From positions 31,370-95,369 of the forward strand of contig JAJYNN010000002.1 of the NCBI GenBank assembly GCA_021786315.1: 64,000 bases of DNA. Direction: 5' to 3'. The DNA is from a bacterium. Lineage in GTDB: Bacteria; Patescibacteriota; Microgenomatia; Daviesbacterales; UBA10151. This document shows positions 37,802-47,076 of the stretch, one piece after another (position 1 is the stretch's first letter; every line of letters starts with the position of its first letter). The notes beneath the pieces were generated by a model. It made no database searches and was not told the DNA's origin. It saw nothing but the letters and a program-made list of their open reading frames with translations. The position numbers were made by a program, and so were the translations under genes.

Positions 37802-38203
37802 TTATTTAGTTAGCTTGACTTGTCCTTCGAAGAATTGGAATCCGGTAATATCGCCAATGACATTAATAATGACCCAGGCTAAAGCCAAAAGAACTATTCC
37901 AATAATTGCCCAAGTGAGCCTTCTCCGGGCGTTGCCTACAGCCTCCTTGTCACCGCCGGAGGTGATCCATTGAAGACCGCTGATTAAAACCATAAAGATA
38001 AAGATTATCCCTGCCGCCACATAAATTAATTGGATTGTATTGTTTAATACCGTGCTAATGCCTTTACCTCCCGGTCCTAAAGCGGCAATTGGGGTAGGGG
38101 CTTCAACTTTTCCGATGACATCGTCCACACTTTGGGCAGCAGCCAGACTAACTTGTTTTAAAAATATGGCGATACCCAAAAGAGGGACAAGAATTTTTTT
38201 CAT
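37802..38203 (-). CDS. TrbC/VirB2-like pilin
   Basis: Signal, GLQWITSGGDKEAVGNARRRLTWAIIG. Confidence 0.85.
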   Translation of the reverse strand: MKKILVPLLGIAIFLKQVSLAAAQSVDDVIGKVEAPTPIAALGPGGKGISTVLNNTIQLIYVAAGIIFIFMVLISGLQWITSGGDKEAVGNARRRLTWAIIGIVLLALAWVIINVIGDITGFQFFEGQVKLTK

Positions 38204-38529
38204 GGGTTTGTTTTAATGACCTCGAATCCTTTCAGGCCTAAAAACTCCGGCACAAATTGGATAATTAAAAACATCAGCATTAATAGTATAAAACCTATAA
38301 TAGCATGGATAATCATGTTCCGGGCACCAGAAACGGCATTTTTATCGCCCCCGGAGAGGACAAACCTAAAGGCTCCAATTAAAAAGTAGATAATGACGGC
38401 CAGTGCAGCAATGGCAAATCCCGGGCCGACTAATGCACCCATGACACTGGCTAGTGAATCATAGTTGCCAAAGCCATAAGCATCTTTTAAATCAACACTG
38501 GCAGCATAAGCAGTCGGAATGAAATTCAT
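38200..38529 (-). CDS. TrbC/VirB2-like pilin
   Basis: Start MNFIPTAYA (ATGA overlap with the upstream gene); GAFRFVLSGGDKNAVSGARNMIIHAIIG. Confidence 0.85.
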   Translation of the reverse strand: MNFIPTAYAASVDLKDAYGFGNYDSLASVMGALVGPGFAIAALAVIIYFLIGAFRFVLSGGDKNAVSGARNMIIHAIIGFILLMLMFLIIQFVPEFLGLKGFEVIKTNP

Positions 38530-38864
38530 GGCGTTGTTACGGTTGTTATCGGTATATCTTTTGGTTTGGCCAGATCCTCTTTTAAGAATTGGCTGATAGC
38601 AAAAGCTAGAATCAGTATAACAAAACCAACGATTGACCAAATGATCCTTTTACGGGCATAGGACAAACCTTCCTTACTACCTCCGGCAAAGATGTATTGG
38701 AAAACTCCCCAGGCAAACCAAAAAAGCATTAAAAATCCTCCGACCATTAACGCCAGGTTCAAAAAAGCGGAGATTACTCCTCCTAAGGTAGGTTCTTTAA
38801 TGGCAAAACCCGCCCCGGTTTTTATTGGATCAGCATCAAAAATTGCTTTAAGTCCTGGAATCAT
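38526..38864 (-). CDS. TrbC/VirB2-like pilin
   Basis: GVFQYIFAGGSKEGLSYARKRIIWSIVG. Confidence 0.82.
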   Translation of the reverse strand: MIPGLKAIFDADPIKTGAGFAIKEPTLGGVISAFLNLALMVGGFLMLFWFAWGVFQYIFAGGSKEGLSYARKRIIWSIVGFVILILAFAISQFLKEDLAKPKDIPITTVTTP

Positions 38865-40318
38865 GGTTTAAACCCCGGTATTTGTAGTATATCAACACCA
38901 ATAACTCTAAGAAGCATGATAGCTAAAAGTAGAAAAAGTAGCCCAATAGCGGCGTTGACAAACTGATCCTGAGCTCTTTTTAGGTTATCTGGATTCCCAC
39001 CCGAAATAATCCATTGAATTGCCCCAAATATCATTAGCAGTAAAGCAATACCCCCACCAATACCAGCTGCCACTTTAACCAGGCTTTTAACTAAAACAGA
39101 GGGGTCAGTAGGAATACAGCCAACAGAAGTGGAAATCCCTCCTCCTGTAACACCGGCTTGAACATCACATGGATCACCTGTGGCTTTACTGCAACTAGAT
39201 CCTGAGCAATTAAGGGTAGTGGCGGTAGGAACCACAGTTGTGGGTCTCGGCCCTTGGTATTTTTGGACAGTAAACTGAGTGGCAGGACATGCTTCATTTC
39301 CGTTTTGATCATAAAGTTTTAGTGTTGCTGAGTAACCTTCTGAAATTCCTTTGCCGACTACCATTTGGAAAATTTGGCCGTTAGGTCCTGAATTTAGATT
39401 ATCAGCAATAGTGGTGGTTGTTCCTGAATTTATGGAATCAAGTCTAAAATTACTATTTTTAGGAAGGTTTGTAGCGGTGAAGGAAATATTGTCTTGTACT
39501 GTTGGTTGGGAAGGATTAATCAAACAGGTTGGTTGGCGGGTTATCTTTACGGCCCGATAAGTGAAGGTTGTAGAATAGGAACAGGTTAAACCCGCAGTCC
39601 CAAGAGATATTGAACGACCGTTTTTAACGGTTGCACAAATCTTCTTTTCGCCAATCTTTTTAAATCTGTCTCCATCATCACCAGGATTTAAAGAGATGGG
39701 GGTGTTGCTGCTGGAAGGAACTGTTGCCTCTTGGACAGAGAAATGATCTCCTTCCCACCAGAAAAGATAAGCGTTTCCTGGGTTAGCGTTAATCAAAAGG
39801 ACTTGTGGTGTTTCACCTAACTCCAGTTCTTGGATAACAGGTTCTAGTTGGACAGTACTGCCGCCTTGTTGCTGAACTTCGAATGAAGCTAATGCTACAA
39901 CATTGGGGTTACTACTTGGATCTCCTCCGCAGTCACTAACTTGAGTTGCAGCACATACTTTGGCGTACCATGCACCCAAGTTATTTCTTCCTATAGAGCC
40001 TTGAAATAAGTTGATACTGGCGGTAATTGTATGTTCGTCCGTCGGCTGGACGTCATGAACGATATTAAAATAGTTGGCGTAAAGGCCTACATTATTTTGG
40101 GCGGATTGTGGATATAGGATGACTTTATGGTTGGTTGCAGTAATAAATGATGAACACTCGGAGCTGGTTGTGATGGTCATTGAATTTCGGTAATCCGGAT
40201 CAGTAATTATTGAAGGAGTGGCAGTATAGCTACAGGCAGCAAAAGCATTTTTAGGGGTAAAAAGCTGAGCTAAGACTATAACTACGAAGAAAGACAATAA
40301 AGTTAAGAATTTAGGCAT
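38861..40318 (-). CDS. Large exported Cys-containing protein with a C-terminal VirB2-like pilin domain (putative tip adhesin)
   Basis: Signal peptide, beta-rich body, ISTSVGCIPT then GAIQWIISGGNPDNLKRAQDQFVNAAIG. Confidence 0.8.
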   Translation of the reverse strand: MPKFLTLLSFFVVIVLAQLFTPKNAFAACSYTATPSIITDPDYRNSMTITTSSECSSFITATNHKVILYPQSAQNNVGLYANYFNIVHDVQPTDEHTITASINLFQGSIGRNNLGAWYAKVCAATQVSDCGGDPSSNPNVVALASFEVQQQGGSTVQLEPVIQELELGETPQVLLINANPGNAYLFWWEGDHFSVQEATVPSSSNTPISLNPGDDGDRFKKIGEKKICATVKNGRSISLGTAGLTCSYSTTFTYRAVKITRQPTCLINPSQPTVQDNISFTATNLPKNSNFRLDSINSGTTTTIADNLNSGPNGQIFQMVVGKGISEGYSATLKLYDQNGNEACPATQFTVQKYQGPRPTTVVPTATTLNCSGSSCSKATGDPCDVQAGVTGGGISTSVGCIPTDPSVLVKSLVKVAAGIGGGIALLLMIFGAIQWIISGGNPDNLKRAQDQFVNAAIGLLFLLLAIMLLRVIGVDILQIPGFKP

Positions 40319-40387
40319 TAATCCCAGCTTAGCCTACCCTTGATTTCTTTGCAATATTAGGTGAGCTTCGTGTGGTAAAATTTGGAT

Positions 40388-42139
40388 ATGCCCCGGTTGA
40401 ACCTTTTCCAACTTGCCGTAATTGTTGCTTCCCTAATTACCAGCTACTTTATACTAACTACTTTTGCCAAGGCTGATGAAATTGATGATTTACAGAAACA
40501 AATTGATTCCCTAAACAAGGCTCGGGAGATGTCCATCGCCGCTACCAAACCCCTGGAGGGGCAACTGGATTCTTTAAAAATACAGTTGGCCCAAATCCAG
40601 CAAAAATTACAAAACCTTTCCTACAGCATTTCCCAGAAGGAAATTGATCTTAAGCTTCGGGAAGATAAATTGGTGACCCAACAGGCCCTGCTTTCATCCC
40701 GGGTCCGTTCCTACTACATCCGTTCATATTCAGCTACACCGTTATTGGTTATTTTTTCTTCTGCCTCATCAGGTGACTTATTCCGTGACCTTTCTTACCG
40801 CCAGGCTGCTACCCAGGAGGACCAAAAAATCATTACCACCATTACCACAGAGATGTTGGATTTAATTACCCAAAAAGAAAAGCTGGAAAAAGACAAAGCC
40901 AGTTTGGCCTCGCTGCAGTCCCAGGTGGACAAAAATGCTACCTTTTTGGCGGGGGAGGTAGGAAAGGCGAAGGCTTATCAGCAAACTTTGTCCACCCAAA
41001 TTGCCCAGCTTTCTGCCCGGCAGCAGCAGCTATTAGCCCAGAAGTTAGGAAGCTTGAATTTGCCCATTTCGGCTTACGCGATGCACGGTGGGTGTTCCGA
41101 TGACCGGAATACCGATCCCGGTTTCTCCCCCCGCTTTGCCATGTTTACTTATGGTGTGCCCAACAGGGTAGGGTTGAGCCAATATGGGGCCTGGGGTAGG
41201 GCCAAAGCCGGCCAAAATGAGGACCAAATTTTGCGGGCCTACTACAACTTTGATGGCTACCAAAACGTAAATACTGGGGTCAATATCCGGGTCAATGATT
41301 CCAACGGCTTTAACTCCGGCAATATTATTTGGAGCGGAAGTTTGGAAGACTATATAAAAAGAATCTACGAGGTGCCTGATTCCTGGTCAGATAATAATTT
41401 AGCGGCCTTAAAGGCTCAGGCAATTGCCGCCAGGTCTTATGTTTTGGCGGCGACCAATAATGGCGCTTCCTCGATTTGTGCCAACGAAAATTGCCAGGCT
41501 TTCCAAACTAATCCCAAAGGCGGCAACTGGGAGTCGGCGGTGAATGCTACCTCGGGGAAAGTTATGGTCCAGGGTGGCCAGCCGATTAAGGCTTGGTTTT
41601 CCTCAACTCATGGAGGATATGTCTTCAGTTCGGGGGAAATTGGCTGGAGCGGAACTTCCTGGACCAAACATGCAATCGACACCACTTCCGGATCAGCCGG
41701 AAGTTTTGCTGATTTGCAAGGCAATGCCTACGATAAAGACTCACCGGTATTCTATTGTGACTGGGGTTCCCGGGCCCAATACAATAAAACTGCCTGGTTA
41801 AAATCCAGCGAGATGGCGGATATTGTTAACTCTATTTTGCTGGTCCAATCCGACAACTCTGCCGATTCCCATATCCTCCAAACGGATAAAGGCTATCCTG
41901 ACGCCTGGGATGAGAGCAGGGTCAGACAGGAATTATCTAAATACCGGACTCCTTTTAACAGTATTTCCTCAGGGAGTGTTGATGCTGACTTTGGGAACGG
42001 CAGGACGTCTACGGTGCACTTTAGTGGTGACGCCGGCTCAGTGGACTTTCCCGGGGATGTCTTTAAGAAATACTTTAACTTAAGGGCTCCCTCAAACATT
42101 AACATTGTCGGCCCCCTTTACAACCTGGAGAAAAGGTAA
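40388..42139 (+). CDS. Coiled-coil protein with a SpoIID/LytB-type domain
   Basis: N-terminal coiled coil; VGLSQYGAWGRA..ILRAYY; EVPDSW...ALKAQAIAARSY; CQAF. Confidence 0.85.
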   Translation: MPRLNLFQLAVIVASLITSYFILTTFAKADEIDDLQKQIDSLNKAREMSIAATKPLEGQLDSLKIQLAQIQQKLQNLSYSISQKEIDLKLREDKLVTQQALLSSRVRSYYIRSYSATPLLVIFSSASSGDLFRDLSYRQAATQEDQKIITTITTEMLDLITQKEKLEKDKASLASLQSQVDKNATFLAGEVGKAKAYQQTLSTQIAQLSARQQQLLAQKLGSLNLPISAYAMHGGCSDDRNTDPGFSPRFAMFTYGVPNRVGLSQYGAWGRAKAGQNEDQILRAYYNFDGYQNVNTGVNIRVNDSNGFNSGNIIWSGSLEDYIKRIYEVPDSWSDNNLAALKAQAIAARSYVLAATNNGASSICANENCQAFQTNPKGGNWESAVNATSGKVMVQGGQPIKAWFSSTHGGYVFSSGEIGWSGTSWTKHAIDTTSGSAGSFADLQGNAYDKDSPVFYCDWGSRAQYNKTAWLKSSEMADIVNSILLVQSDNSADSHILQTDKGYPDAWDESRVRQELSKYRTPFNSISSGSVDADFGNGRTSTVHFSGDAGSVDFPGDVFKKYFNLRAPSNINIVGPLYNLEKR

Positions 42140-42165
42140 GTTATTTATGATATTATCCACCTAAG

Positions 42166-42738
42166 ATGGGCTTCTCGCTTTTTCCCGCTATCTTTGACCG
42201 TCCGGAAAAAATTGCTTTTGCTGATCAGGAAGAGGACGAATATATTGAACTCTTTTTAAGGCACCACTGGGTAACAAATGTCTCCTGGGTTTTTATCGTA
42301 ATTTTAGGTTTTGTTTTACCGATGGTGGTAGTGAACTTGCAGGTAGTAAAGGATTTATTGGTTTTCTCCAGAATGCCAACCGAAATTTTTCTCTCCCTGC
42401 TTCTTCTTTGGTATATGTTTATAGTGCTTTATGCCGTCTCCCAGTTCCTTCACTGGTACTTTAATATTTACATTATTACTAATAAACATTTAGTGGATGT
42501 CAACTTTGTCAATTTGATGTCCCGGGATAAAATCGAGGTCCAACTGGATGATATTCAAAGTGTAAAATCTACCCTGAAAGGGATTTTAGGCTCTTTATTT
42601 AATTTTGGGGATGTGGTGATTGAGACTGCGGCTGAAAAGCAGAACATTAATTTTTATGCCGTTCCTAAACCGGATTTTGTTACTGAAAGGATCCAGGATT
42701 TGCAGGAGGCGGAAGAGAGGAGTAATAATGCCGGTTGA
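42166..42738 (+). CDS. Membrane protein with bacterial PH domain
   Basis: RHHW, two TMs, YIITNKHLVD, IQSV...FNFGDVVIETA. Confidence 0.75.
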   Translation: MGFSLFPAIFDRPEKIAFADQEEDEYIELFLRHHWVTNVSWVFIVILGFVLPMVVVNLQVVKDLLVFSRMPTEIFLSLLLLWYMFIVLYAVSQFLHWYFNIYIITNKHLVDVNFVNLMSRDKIEVQLDDIQSVKSTLKGILGSLFNFGDVVIETAAEKQNINFYAVPKPDFVTERIQDLQEAEERSNNAG

Positions 42739-42976
42739 AAGCCAGCTTTTTCCCCTAACACTGACTCCAATGGGAAGTTTTTGGTGGATTGTGAAAGCAG
42801 GGGTGGTTATCTTATCCCTTTTTGGTTTTGCCTTTAGTTTAATTACCCTCCGCCAGGTAAATTTAATGACGGACACCTTAATTACCGAAAATGCCGGCCT
42901 CTTGCGGGCATTTGCTATAATCTTTGCAGGTACCTGCCTAGGGTTAACGATTCTTTTTATTGGCTTGTTGTTTTAA
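42728..42976 (+). CDS. Small two-TM membrane protein
   Basis: Start at the ATG of MPVESQ; FSLITLRQVNLM.DTL.T between two TMs. Confidence 0.65.
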   Translation: MPVESQLFPLTLTPMGSFWWIVKAGVVILSLFGFAFSLITLRQVNLMTDTLITENAGLLRAFAIIFAGTCLGLTILFIGLLF

Positions 42977-42982
42977 AATTGT

Positions 42983-44797
42983 ATGCTGAAAACAGCAAAA
43001 GTAGTGGGTCTAAATTCTGATACTGCTGCTGCCTTAGCTTTAATTTCTCCGTGGTTTGTTAGCGACCAGGGTGAGGGAGGCCAAAGATTCTTCCTTTCAA
43101 TTGTTTCCTGTGAATGTGAAGATGCTTTTTCTAAAGTCCGGCAGTCGCTTTCTTTAGCTGAAGAGGAAGCCATTACTTCCACCGAGCCGGCAGCTTTGCG
43201 CTTGCCGAAGATTCTGGGGCAAATAAAGGACTATTTAAAAGATGCTGATAATTTTGCAGCACTTTTAGTGGCGGTAGTTGAGGACAATGAAGGGACTGCC
43301 CTTTATCTTTTATCGGAAGGGGAGGGTTTAATTGCCAACCTTTGTCGGGATGGCAAAGAGAATAATTTACCGGGATTAGGCGATGGCCAAGTGGTTTCTG
43401 GGATTTTAAAAGAAGGGGACAGGATTGTCCTTTCTACCCAAAGTTTAGCTGATTTTCTTGGTACCCATTCTGTATCTTTAAGCAAAATACCAATCGAAAA
43501 CTTTGAGGATGAGGTTGAAAGCTTTTTGCCGGAGGCCCAAACGAATCCCCTGGCAGCTATTGTTTTAGAAAAAGAAGTTGAAGTTAAGGAAGAATCAACA
43601 GAACCAGTCTTAAAAGAACTAAATAATAAAATTGATATTCCCAAACCTTCACTTCCCAGAATTACCCCAAATTTAGGGGGAGTGTTGCAGGCTATCCGTC
43701 CCCACTCCAAAAAATCCGTGCTAATTTTGGCAGTTGCTATACTTTTGGGAGCAGGAATTGTCGGAGGTGTAACTTACAAGAAAAGACAGGATGCAAAAGT
43801 TACAAGTCAATTTACCCAAGCCCTAAATCAAGCCAGGGAAGCAATGGATAAATCAAATTCCGAAAAAGACAGCGACCCCCCGGCAGCTTTATCCGCTTTG
43901 GCGGACGCCAAAAAGTATGTCCTGGAAGCATTATCAATTAAACCTAACCAATCAGAAGCCCTGTCTTTAAAAGATCAAATTGAAAAAGCTTCGCCGGCAA
44001 TTTTAAAGGTCAACAGCGTCGAAAATTTCCCAGTCTGGTTGGACTTAGGTTTAATTAAACAGGGGTTTAGAGCTTCCAATCTTTCTTTATCCCATGGCAA
44101 TATCTTAATTTTAGACAACAATAAACAAACTTTAGTGAGTATTAACACAAAAACCAAATCTCATGAGATACTGGCCGGGTCAGAGAAGATTGGTGAAGCT
44201 AAAATTACTTCCCTAAATGGGGGAGTTTCCTGGATTTACTCGGATGATAAAGGGCTATTAAGGATTGAAGACGATAAAATTGTCAATGTGGCCAAACAGG
44301 ATAAGGACTGGGGGGATATTGCCGATATTTACGGTTTTGCCGGTAACGTCTATGTTTTGGATGAAGGGAAAAACCAAATCTGGAAATATATGCCGATTGC
44401 CAGCGGGTTTTCTGATAAGCGGGAATATTTGCAAAGCGGGGTGAAGGCTAATTTTGCCGGGGCCAAAAGGATGCAGATTGAATCCTCCATCTATATTCTT
44501 AAAGGGGGAGGGGAAATATTGCGGTTTACCCAGGGAAAGCCTGACTTTTTTGCCTACTCGGGTTTGGATAAGCCGGTCAAGGATGCCCGCAGTTTCTTCG
44601 TTTCCTCGGAAACCGACAATTTATATCTTTTGGATGGGGACAATAGCAGGCTTTTGGTTTTGGATAAAAAAGGCGCCTATAAAGCCCAATACCAATCCGA
44701 TAAATTCAGCCAATTTAGTGATCTGGTGGTAGATGAGGAGGGTAAAAAGGTTTATTTACTTGATGGTAGTAAAATATACTCAATGGATTTGAAATAA
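42983..44797 (+). CDS. Membrane protein with a degenerate PP2C-like N-domain and a C-terminal beta-propeller
   Basis: SGILKEGDRIVLST, central TM, repeated NVYVLD/IYIL/LYLLD/VYLLD blades. Confidence 0.6.
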   Translation: MLKTAKVVGLNSDTAAALALISPWFVSDQGEGGQRFFLSIVSCECEDAFSKVRQSLSLAEEEAITSTEPAALRLPKILGQIKDYLKDADNFAALLVAVVEDNEGTALYLLSEGEGLIANLCRDGKENNLPGLGDGQVVSGILKEGDRIVLSTQSLADFLGTHSVSLSKIPIENFEDEVESFLPEAQTNPLAAIVLEKEVEVKEESTEPVLKELNNKIDIPKPSLPRITPNLGGVLQAIRPHSKKSVLILAVAILLGAGIVGGVTYKKRQDAKVTSQFTQALNQAREAMDKSNSEKDSDPPAALSALADAKKYVLEALSIKPNQSEALSLKDQIEKASPAILKVNSVENFPVWLDLGLIKQGFRASNLSLSHGNILILDNNKQTLVSINTKTKSHEILAGSEKIGEAKITSLNGGVSWIYSDDKGLLRIEDDKIVNVAKQDKDWGDIADIYGFAGNVYVLDEGKNQIWKYMPIASGFSDKREYLQSGVKANFAGAKRMQIESSIYILKGGGEILRFTQGKPDFFAYSGLDKPVKDARSFFVSSETDNLYLLDGDNSRLLVLDKKGAYKAQYQSDKFSQFSDLVVDEEGKKVYLLDGSKIYSMDLK

Positions 44798-44799
44798 AT

Positions 44800-44910
44800 T
44801 TTCAAGTACCAAGTACCAGTTTTCAATCAATATCCAATAACCAATTTTCCAATTTAGACGTTAAAAAATTGAAAATTCATTGGAAATTTAAAATTATGAA
44901 TTTAAAATTA
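44800..44910. repeat. Degenerate heptamer-period AT-rich inverted repeat
   Basis: CAAGTAC CAAGTAC CAGTTTT CAAT... opposed to ATTGAAA...ATTGGAA ATTTAAA ATT. Confidence 0.55.
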
Positions 44911-44915
44911 TAACA

Positions 44916-45356
44916 ATGAGGATTATCAACAAGCGGGCACTGCATGAGTACCATATTTTAGAAACCTTAGAAGCTGGGGTGAGGCTTTCCGGTGCTGAAG
45001 TGAAGTCAATCCGCTCAGGCAGAATTGATTTGGGCCAGTCTTTTGCGAGAATTTTGGATAATGAAGTATATCTAATTAACGCCAATATCCCTCCCTACCA
45101 AAACGCTCCGATTAAGGATTACGATCCGATCAGGAAAAGAAAACTTTTATTACATCGCTCTCAAATTGATTCTTTAATAGGAAAAGTATCCCGGGGTGGG
45201 ATGGTTTTGGTGCCGGTGGCAATTTATGAAAAACACAATTTAATGAAGGTTGAGTTGGGTTTAGGTAAATCCAAGAGGGAAGTGGACAAACGCAAGGTTA
45301 TTAAAGAACGCGACCATCTCCGCCGGGTGGAACAAGAACTGCGGGGCAAGGAGTGA
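44916..45356 (+). CDS. smpB: SsrA-binding protein
   Basis: NKRALHEY..LEAG..L.GAEVKSIR, RKLLLH, LGKSK; adjacent to tmRNA. Confidence 0.97.
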   Translation: MRIINKRALHEYHILETLEAGVRLSGAEVKSIRSGRIDLGQSFARILDNEVYLINANIPPYQNAPIKDYDPIRKRKLLLHRSQIDSLIGKVSRGGMVLVPVAIYEKHNLMKVELGLGKSKREVDKRKVIKERDHLRRVEQELRGKE

Positions 45357-45405
45357 TCTAGGAAAATTTGATTCCAGGCTCAAAATTTGCTAAAATACAC
45401 ATCAC

Positions 45406-45804
45406 GGGGACGTACAGATTCGACGTTCTGGCACTTTAAAAACTGCAAGCCGAAAAGGAAACCTTATTCGTAAAATACGGTTTCAAAAATAAATGCTAAG
45501 GTAAACACCTTCGCATCCCAGGTGCAAAAGTTTGCACTCGGTGTATTTTCTACACCGCAGCGCTACGCTCTAGCATAAGGGTACTTTAGGGTAATGTCTG
45601 TCTGGCGCAATCCTTAAGGTAAGTACAAAGCCAGGTTGCAAAAATTATGGTGTTGGTTGATCCGTAATTTTTAAAGACAACTCAATCAAGTTTTAGTTTT
45701 CCTGCTAGTTTGGTTACAACTAGAACTTAAAAATTAACTAGCTAAGCTTGTAGAAGTTTTTACTCTGTTAGTACACACAGGGCTCAATGCCCTCGTCTCC
45801 ACCA
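45406..45804 (+). ncRNA. ssrA: tmRNA
   Basis: 5' GGGGACG...ATTCGAC; 3' CGTCTCCACCA with a G3-U wobble; tag ORF at 45495-45578 ending YALA-stop. Confidence 0.93.
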
Positions 45805-45831
45805 TTTTTCTCTTTGTGGCATGATTAAGAT

Positions 45832-46527
45832 ATGCCACATATCCTTGATATCTTATTTCCTAAGCTCTGTGTGGGTTGTCATAAGCTTGGCACCTATTTT
45901 TGTCCCAAATGTATAAACAACATTGCCCAGGGGGAGTTGGTGTGCCCAAATTGCGAAAAAGCGGCTATTGGGGGAATGACCCATCCGCTTTGTAAAAAGA
46001 GGTATGGTTTGGATGGGCTTTGGAGTCTGGGAATTTATCAGGATCCTTTAAAGAAAGCGATCCAAAAACTCAAATATAAATTTGTTTCCCAGATTGCCGA
46101 AACGCTTTTGGATTTAATGATTGTTTATTGGGCCAAACACATTCCGCAATTTTTGGAGGAGATTAAAAAGGATAAGGGAGTAGGGTGGGTGGTAGTGCCG
46201 GTGCCCCTACATCCCAAAAGACAAAAGTGGCGGGGCTTTAATCAATCAGCCTTATTGGGAAAAATGTTATCCCAAAAATTAGGTATGGAATATGCTGAAG
46301 CTTTGAAGCGTACCCGTTACACTAAACCCCAGGTAGGTATAAAAGCTTGGGAAAGAAAACAAAATATGCACAATGCTTTTGCTCCGAATTTAAAATTTAA
46401 AATTGAAAATTTAAAATTTCTCCTGGTAGATGATGTCTGGACTACCGGTTCAACCCTAAAAGAATGTGCTTATGTCTTAAAAAAAGGAGGAGCCCAGAAA
46501 GTCTGGGCAATTACATTGGCTAGGTGA
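45832..46527 (+). CDS. comF: ComF-family double Zn-ribbon phosphoribosyltransferase-like protein
   Basis: CxxC motifs, PVPLH..R...RGFNQS, LVDDVWTTGST. Confidence 0.92.
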   Translation: MPHILDILFPKLCVGCHKLGTYFCPKCINNIAQGELVCPNCEKAAIGGMTHPLCKKRYGLDGLWSLGIYQDPLKKAIQKLKYKFVSQIAETLLDLMIVYWAKHIPQFLEEIKKDKGVGWVVVPVPLHPKRQKWRGFNQSALLGKMLSQKLGMEYAEALKRTRYTKPQVGIKAWERKQNMHNAFAPNLKFKIENLKFLLVDDVWTTGSTLKECAYVLKKGGAQKVWAITLAR

Positions 46528-46562
46528 TTATTGATCCTGAATTTGATAAAATTGTCAGGCAT

Positions 46563-46626
46563 GGAGAGGTCGCATAAGACATCTTTGCCTTCAGCAAAGA
46601 ATCTTGAGCTACTCTCTGTTGTAAAA
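46563..46626 (+). pseudogene. Duplicated 5' end of tRNA-Ser followed by a hairpin insert
   Basis: GGAGAGGTCGCATA (46563-46576) is identical to 46627-46640, then CTTTGC-CTTCA-GCAAAG. Confidence 0.7.
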
Positions 46627-46716
46627 GGAGAGGTCGCATAGTGGTCTAGTGCGGCGCAGTGCTAATGCGCTGACCCCGTAAGGGGTCCGTGGGTTCAAAT
46701 CCCACCCTCTCCGCCA
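46627..46716 (+). tRNA. tRNA-Ser(GCT)
   Basis: Cloverleaf GGAGAGG/CCTCTCC, GCGCA-GTGCTAA-TGCGC, long variable arm, encoded CCA. Confidence 0.93.
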
Positions 46717-46718
46717 AA

Positions 46719-46803
46719 GGAGGGGTCGCATAGTGGTCTAGTGCGGCGGTCTTGAAAACCGCTGTCTCGCAAGGGACCGTGAGTTCGAATCTCACCCCCT
46801 CCG
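46719..46803 (+). tRNA. tRNA-Ser(TGA)
   Basis: GGAGGGG/CCCCTCC, GCGGT-CTTGAAA-ACCGC, long variable arm. Confidence 0.95.
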
Positions 46804-46850
46804 CTTCACATCTTGCAGTTTGTTTCCTATTCATCTAATATGTAGAAGAT

Positions 46851-47063
46851 ATGTTACCTGGATTGGCGGATTTCTTAAATGTTGGTAATCAGTGGCTAGT
46901 TCTTTTAATTGTAATTTGGGAATTGGTTTGGAAAGGGCTTGGACTTTGGAAAGCAGCCAAGAATAACCAAAGATATTGGTTTATAGCCATGTTTCTTTTA
47001 AACACCATCGGCATTCTGCCGATTGTCTACCTAAGATTCTTTCAAAAGAAAATGAAATCGTAG
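46851..47063 (+). CDS. Small membrane protein (DUF5652-like)
   Basis: WKGLGLWKAAKNNQRYWF...NTIGILPIVY. Confidence 0.75.
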   Translation: MLPGLADFLNVGNQWLVLLIVIWELVWKGLGLWKAAKNNQRYWFIAMFLLNTIGILPIVYLRFFQKKMKS

Positions 47064-47076
47064 TATACTTTGGGTA

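Noticed and set aside
46646-46834. Short ORFs antisense to or overlapping tRNAs (also 47964-48453 and 63136-63330)
   Set aside because: They are translations of tRNA sequence.
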